Positions 58,778 through 64,000 of a DNA stretch of 64,000 bases are shown one piece after another. Origin of the DNA: the human T2T-CHM13v2.0 reference genome, Homo sapiens; the NCBI RefSeq assembly GCF_009914755.1, contig NC_060926.1; one strand, given 5' to 3'. Below the pieces are notes generated by a model. It was not told the DNA's origin. It saw only the letters and a list, made by a program, of their open reading frames with translations, and did no database searches. Position 1 is the stretch's first letter. Each line of letters opens with the position of its first letter. A program made the position numbers and the translations under genes.

Positions 58778-61700
58778 TGTGGCACATTCTCTGTTTGGCT
58801 GCCATAGCCATTTTCCACACTTCTTTGCTCTGCTCCTGCAAAAGCTAATTTTTATTGGCTTTAATCAATTGGCTCCCTTGTCCTCTGGCTTCTGGTTAAG
58901 TTTAGTCAATGTGAGGCACCAGTAAGAGACTGAAGGGTGGAAAGAGTGAGGTCAGGGTGTTTATTCCCCAAGTCACAGGTTAGCAAAGGCTACATTCTTC
59001 TACCGAAGGTCAGTGCTCAAGACCCTTTCCTATTTCTCTTAATTCCAGTGACCTCTAGATCCCCTTTCTCTTTCAGGCTAGAGCTAGTAAATGTCTTCCT
59101 ACTACTGTAAACCCAGCCATCTTTTTGTAGACTACCCTTATTCCTAACCATTCTTTTGTGAATATTTGTCTTTCATGCATGTCCCCAAATTTTCCCCACT
59201 TGAGTGTCTTACTGTTTTCTTGTCAGGATCCTGACTGATAAAGAGTTACTGATATCAGAAATGGCCCAAAGCTCCAGTCAAAATGGAATTCAAGGATAGC
59301 AGGATAGCCTCCTTATCACAGAGTTAATGGGACAGTAGTGATCCAAGGCATGTGCTGGCAAGATGATTATTCAAATTGTCACTGGTGGTAGCATGGAAGG
59401 ATGTACGACGCAGGGTAAGGCTTTGGGAGCCATGGCATTACTTGCTAAAGCAGCAATGGTAGTGTATAAAGATTACAGCATGATATGGCTGATGGCCCTA
59501 AGGAGCACACAAAGGTGGAAGACAAACTGAGTGCCTGGAATACTCAAGTCAGAATACAGGCAAAATACAAGAAAGTTTATGTCAGCTTTAAAAGGGTCCC
59601 TTATCCACTTAAGCCTCAAGGCAAATAAGGCTGAAGACCAACTCCAGAATCTGATTTGAAGGGTTATAGAATTGCAATGCTAAATACAATGGACAATACT
59701 AAGACCATTAGTTTTTGGTAGTGGGGCAATGATGAGAAAGCAGAGAAACATGGGATGGTAGTATCTTCTCCCTCCCCCTCAACAACTTCATTGAGGTATA
59801 GTTAATATACATAAAACTGTAGTAAAAAAACAAGAAAAATAAAAAATATTATTTCAACATGTAGCACTAGCCATATTTAGGTGTTTAGTAACCACATGAG
59901 GCTAGTGGCTACCATATTGGACAGCGTAGCCCTACAACTATCACCTCTCCCAAGACAGCAAACTAAAAGAAATAATAATTCTATGGATGAATAACAGACA
60001 GTAGTGAAACCATCAGAAAACTGAAAGATGTTAGGGGTGATAATTCACACTATACACCCATTTAAACTGTTTATTAGGCTAAGGCATGGCATTGATGCAT
60101 ACTTAATCATTTCATAATGCTAACTGTAGATGCAGTTTTAGCTGTACAATCTTTACTGGAGCATATTAACATAGCCACTGACACTAGGTATGAAGCAATG
60201 AACTTGATTTCTGTTTAAAGTAATTTGTATAACAAAGATAATCAGAAGCAGTTTTTTCCCTTCACACTAGAGGAGCAACATACTTTTACTCTCTTACCTT
60301 AAGGCTAGGTCAACTCTGCTCTCTTTGTCATAACATAGTCTGGAGAAATCTTGTTCATCTTGACATTCCAAAAAACATCAAGCTGGAATATTATATTCAT
60401 GACATTACACTGAGTGAACTTGGGAGCAGGATATAGTAAATACCTGAGATGCCTCAGTAAGAGATATATGCTATACAATAGGAGATAAACTCCAAGAAAG
60501 TTCAGGGACTTTCAGCATTGGTAAAATTTTACAGGCCACTGATCTGTGCATGCTGAAATAGATCCTCCATTGTAAGTGAGAAATTGCTGCACCCTGCACC
60601 TTCCTTCGTGAAAATGAAGCACAAAATGTGGTGGCCTCTCTAGATTTTAGAAGCAACATAGACCATATTTGGGTATACTTCTGTGGTGCATATACTAGGT
60701 AATCCACAGGCTGTCCATTTTGAGAGCAGCCTGGGGCAAGAAAAGGATCTACATCATACCCTGCCATGATGAAAGCTCCCTCTACTTTTGACTCTAAGAT
60801 TCAGCAGATGCAATGATTTTTGGAAATGTCTGTGGCAAATGGAGATGCTGTATGACATCTCTGTCAATGGAAGCCTCAGTGTGTAGATCCCTCGTGGTTT
60901 TATAGTAAAGACATGCAGTTTTCTAACAATAACTAATCTCCATTTGAAAAGCCACTCCTTACTTGCTAATGAACTTTGGTTAAGACTGTGTACTGGGCCA
61001 TAGGACTCGGAATGACAATGTAGCCCAAACCGTGCATCATGAACTAGGTGTTATCTAATTCAACATATCAAAAATGTACACAACAGCATTTCCTTGGTAT
61101 ATTTTCCTTCCCTGCAGCCTTCTTATGCTAGTTGAGGAAGCCCAAGTATACTGTATAAGCAAGTAGCTCAGAGGTCCCTAATACCTGCTACTACTGCTTC
61201 TCAATCTTTTTGCTTCAACCCATATGTATGGCCTCCTGGGGTATTCTCAGTGACTAGTTGATGAGGATGAAACAGTGTGGATCTGGTTTGTAAATAGAAT
61301 GTCTGGAATTCAATACCAGCTATGACTATGGTGTTTACAGGTCCACTTAAGGGAGAGGGCCCTGAAATACAGTGGCTATCCCACCAGCAGCCAGAATTTC
61401 ATTCAGCTAGTACATTTAACTGCACACTTTGCATGGAAGAAGAGATAGTTGAGGTAATGACATATGGCATGGCCATATGGTCAAGGACTTCAAAGAACAA
61501 AATTGGACGACTGGTGACAGAAAGTCTAGGGAAGAGTTATGAGGATATATCCTTCAGAATTGGTACAAAATGTAATGATATGGTATTCTATGTAAATTCT
61601 CTCCAGAGGGCATTCACTGTAGTGAAGGCTGTTAGTAATCTGAAGGGGGTAATCTCATGAATCTCAGACTCTTTACCAGGCTTACCTGGTACTTTCTCAG

Positions 61701-63061
61701 TGGGCCAATGTACAAAGTGACAATGGGAGTAGGGACACAGAAACTATGAACAGATTCAATTACATGGACTTCCTCTTCTCTATGACTGATTTAACTACCA
61801 CCACTGCTGAGCTCACAATTTTCCAGTGCTGAGACCCTGATATGGCACCATTCCTGAGAGAGATCAACCAAGCAAGTAGTGGCAGGCAGGTTACATTTGA
61901 CTCTTTCCAACATGGAAGAGGCAGAAATATATCCTAATAGGATATGCCTTCCCTTTCTCTTCAATATTTTTGCAAGCTCCCTCAAATATGGATTTAACAG
62001 AATGCCTTACCAATTACCCTTGTATTCCTTGCTATACTGCCTTCAACCAGGAAACTCCTTTTTATGGCAAGACAAATACAATTAGCGCAAATCTATAGAA
62101 TGCATGGGTCATACATACCCCATGTATCACCACACAGAATCAGCTGGCTACATGGAGTGGTGAAATGGCCTACCAAAGGAGTGGTTCATGTATGGTTGCC
62201 AGCTGGGAGGAGTTTGGGTGTGTTCTACAGGATATTATATATGGCCAACATCATCTCCTCCATAGCCAGAAGGCATGAGTCTGAGAACAAAGAGGTTAAG
62301 GTAGAGGTGGCCACTCTAATAACATCAAATAACCCATTTAAAGGCTTTTTACTCTGTGTCCTGAAACCTTCAGATTGGTGGTTTTGGAGATCTCAGTTCC
62401 CAAAAGAAGAATGTTTTCTCCAGGTTTCAGAGATCTGGTCCTGTTGTATTGGAAGCTGAGAATACTCACTAGCTATTTTGGGCATGTCAAGCTGCTAAAT
62501 AAACAGGGACTGGCTTATAATTTTTCCAGACTACCAGAATGATTTGGAGCTGTTGCTATACAATGAGGACAAGAAGAACTATGCTTGGAACTCAGGGGAT
62601 TTACTGGGGCATCTCTTTAGAAATACTTACCTCATAATTTTGGTTATTGAAAAATTATAGTAATATAAGAAAGACAGGACCACCGAAGACTCAGAACCTA
62701 TAAAATTTTAGTCACCTATCAGATAAAGAACCTTATTTAGCCGATGTGCTAAACAGAGTAAGAGTAAGGGGAAGATGTATTTGATTGGAAGAAGAACACT
62801 ATAATGATCAATTTTGAGCTTTCTGGCAAATTAGAGGAGCAAAAACTGTAGCAACTCTGTTTTATGTTCTATCTATTATGAAGAAAATTAGGGATGGCTA
62901 GTATTTTAGATTCCAATTGGAAGCATGATTGAATTGGTATCAGCTCTTGGTGATGCAGTAGCTGGATGCCCCCTCTCCAATAGGGACTCCATTAAACTCT
63001 CTTGAATTACCCAATTTGAATATATCTATTTATATATCTGCAAAAATCATAACTTGATATA
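58778..63061 (+). mobile_element. Decayed ERVL-class provirus: LTR33-like 5' LTR (58778-59242), internal gag/pol relics, truncated 3' LTR (~62950-63061)
   Basis: LTR motif ggctcccttgtcctctggcttctggtt...gtgaggtcagggtgtttattccc. RT relics QHTFTLLP*G*VNS, LCHNIV and LEYYIHDITL (YIDD-like at 60392-60403); RNase H-like and integrase-like remnants in ORFs 61322-61660 and 62064-62459. Confidence 0.8.
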
Positions 63062-64000
63062 CTAAATTGCAAAATGAGCACGATGGCAGTTATAAGGACC
63101 ATGTCTTTGTTTATGAAGACAGATAACATAATATGTACACACAAAACCATGATATTAAAAACAACATGATTTCAACAAAAATAAGATGGATGTTTAAAGT
63201 TATTTATTACATGAAGTTGAGGCAAAACTATATGTTCACGAAGATCTATTTGTTATATAATGTTTGGACAACTCAATAATAATTTAACTCTGGCTAGAGT
63301 ACATGACAAGCTAATGGAAATGCCTATCATGTCCTAGAAGTATATTTCAATAAAGAACTTTTCATAAGAAAACACTGCTTTAAGATATAATTTTGATAGC
63401 ACAATTTTAAAATAAAACATAAAATGTTGTAGTTGGAAGTAAGTGAATTCCTTTAACTCAGGGAGGAAAGAAAAATATATACTTAAAATATTTTGTTTTC
63501 GTGTTTGCATTAATTTAATTTTTTTGTAACTGCCCCAAATTTAAGAGTTAATGTTTAAAATAGTTTTACACGATTCACATTCATGTTTAAAAACTTAGTA
63601 CAGCCTTAAGGATAAAAAGGAAAAATGTAAAGAGAGATAATACAATAAGCATTATCTCACAACCTCAGCACTCTCTAATACGATTTGTCAATGTAGATTA
63701 AAATATCACTTCCATCATATCTTCATATTAAAATTAAAATTTAGTATGTCATTATGAACAGAAGAAACAAATAAAACTAGCTTGAGAGTATTCTATATTA
63801 ATTTTCCACCTTTAACTTCTTGGTTATGAAAATTTATGCTAAAAGTCAAATGAGATTCATTTGGATTTCTGATCATTCTTTTCTCTTTTATGTGTTATAT
63901 TCTGGCATTTCTTAAAAACATTAAATTTATTTTTTTCTTTTATTCCCAAGAATTTGTCACATTCTACATTTTTTAAATGATTTATGAAACACAGCAAAGT

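Overview
AT-rich primate DNA, almost certainly human (many Alus; the protein matches my recollection of human Helios). It holds the 3' part of IKZF2 (Helios, Ikaros-family zinc-finger transcription factor) on the minus strand. Three coding exons splice in frame: 36828-36965 (ZF4), 28626-28769, and 22195-22919 (dimerization fingers and stop). A ~7.7 kb 3'UTR ends at tandem AATAAA signals at 14547-14557; upstream exons lie beyond the right edge. The rest is intron and downstream intergenic DNA rich in transposon relics: Alus, L1, L2, MIR, a near full-length Tigger1, Tigger3/MER47, MER1B, MER33, a piggyBac MER85 MITE and a decayed LTR33/ERVL provirus. I found no CRISPR, rRNA, tRNA or wholly new multi-gene system. 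The best second-look items are a stop-containing cassette exon with a dual acceptor/donor site just after ZF4, three adjacent hairpins in the 3'UTR, the MER85 in the last intron, a kB/STAT/ETS/FOX motif cluster past the poly(A) site, and a close inverted Alu pair. Repeat family names come from recalled consensus sequences, not a database search.
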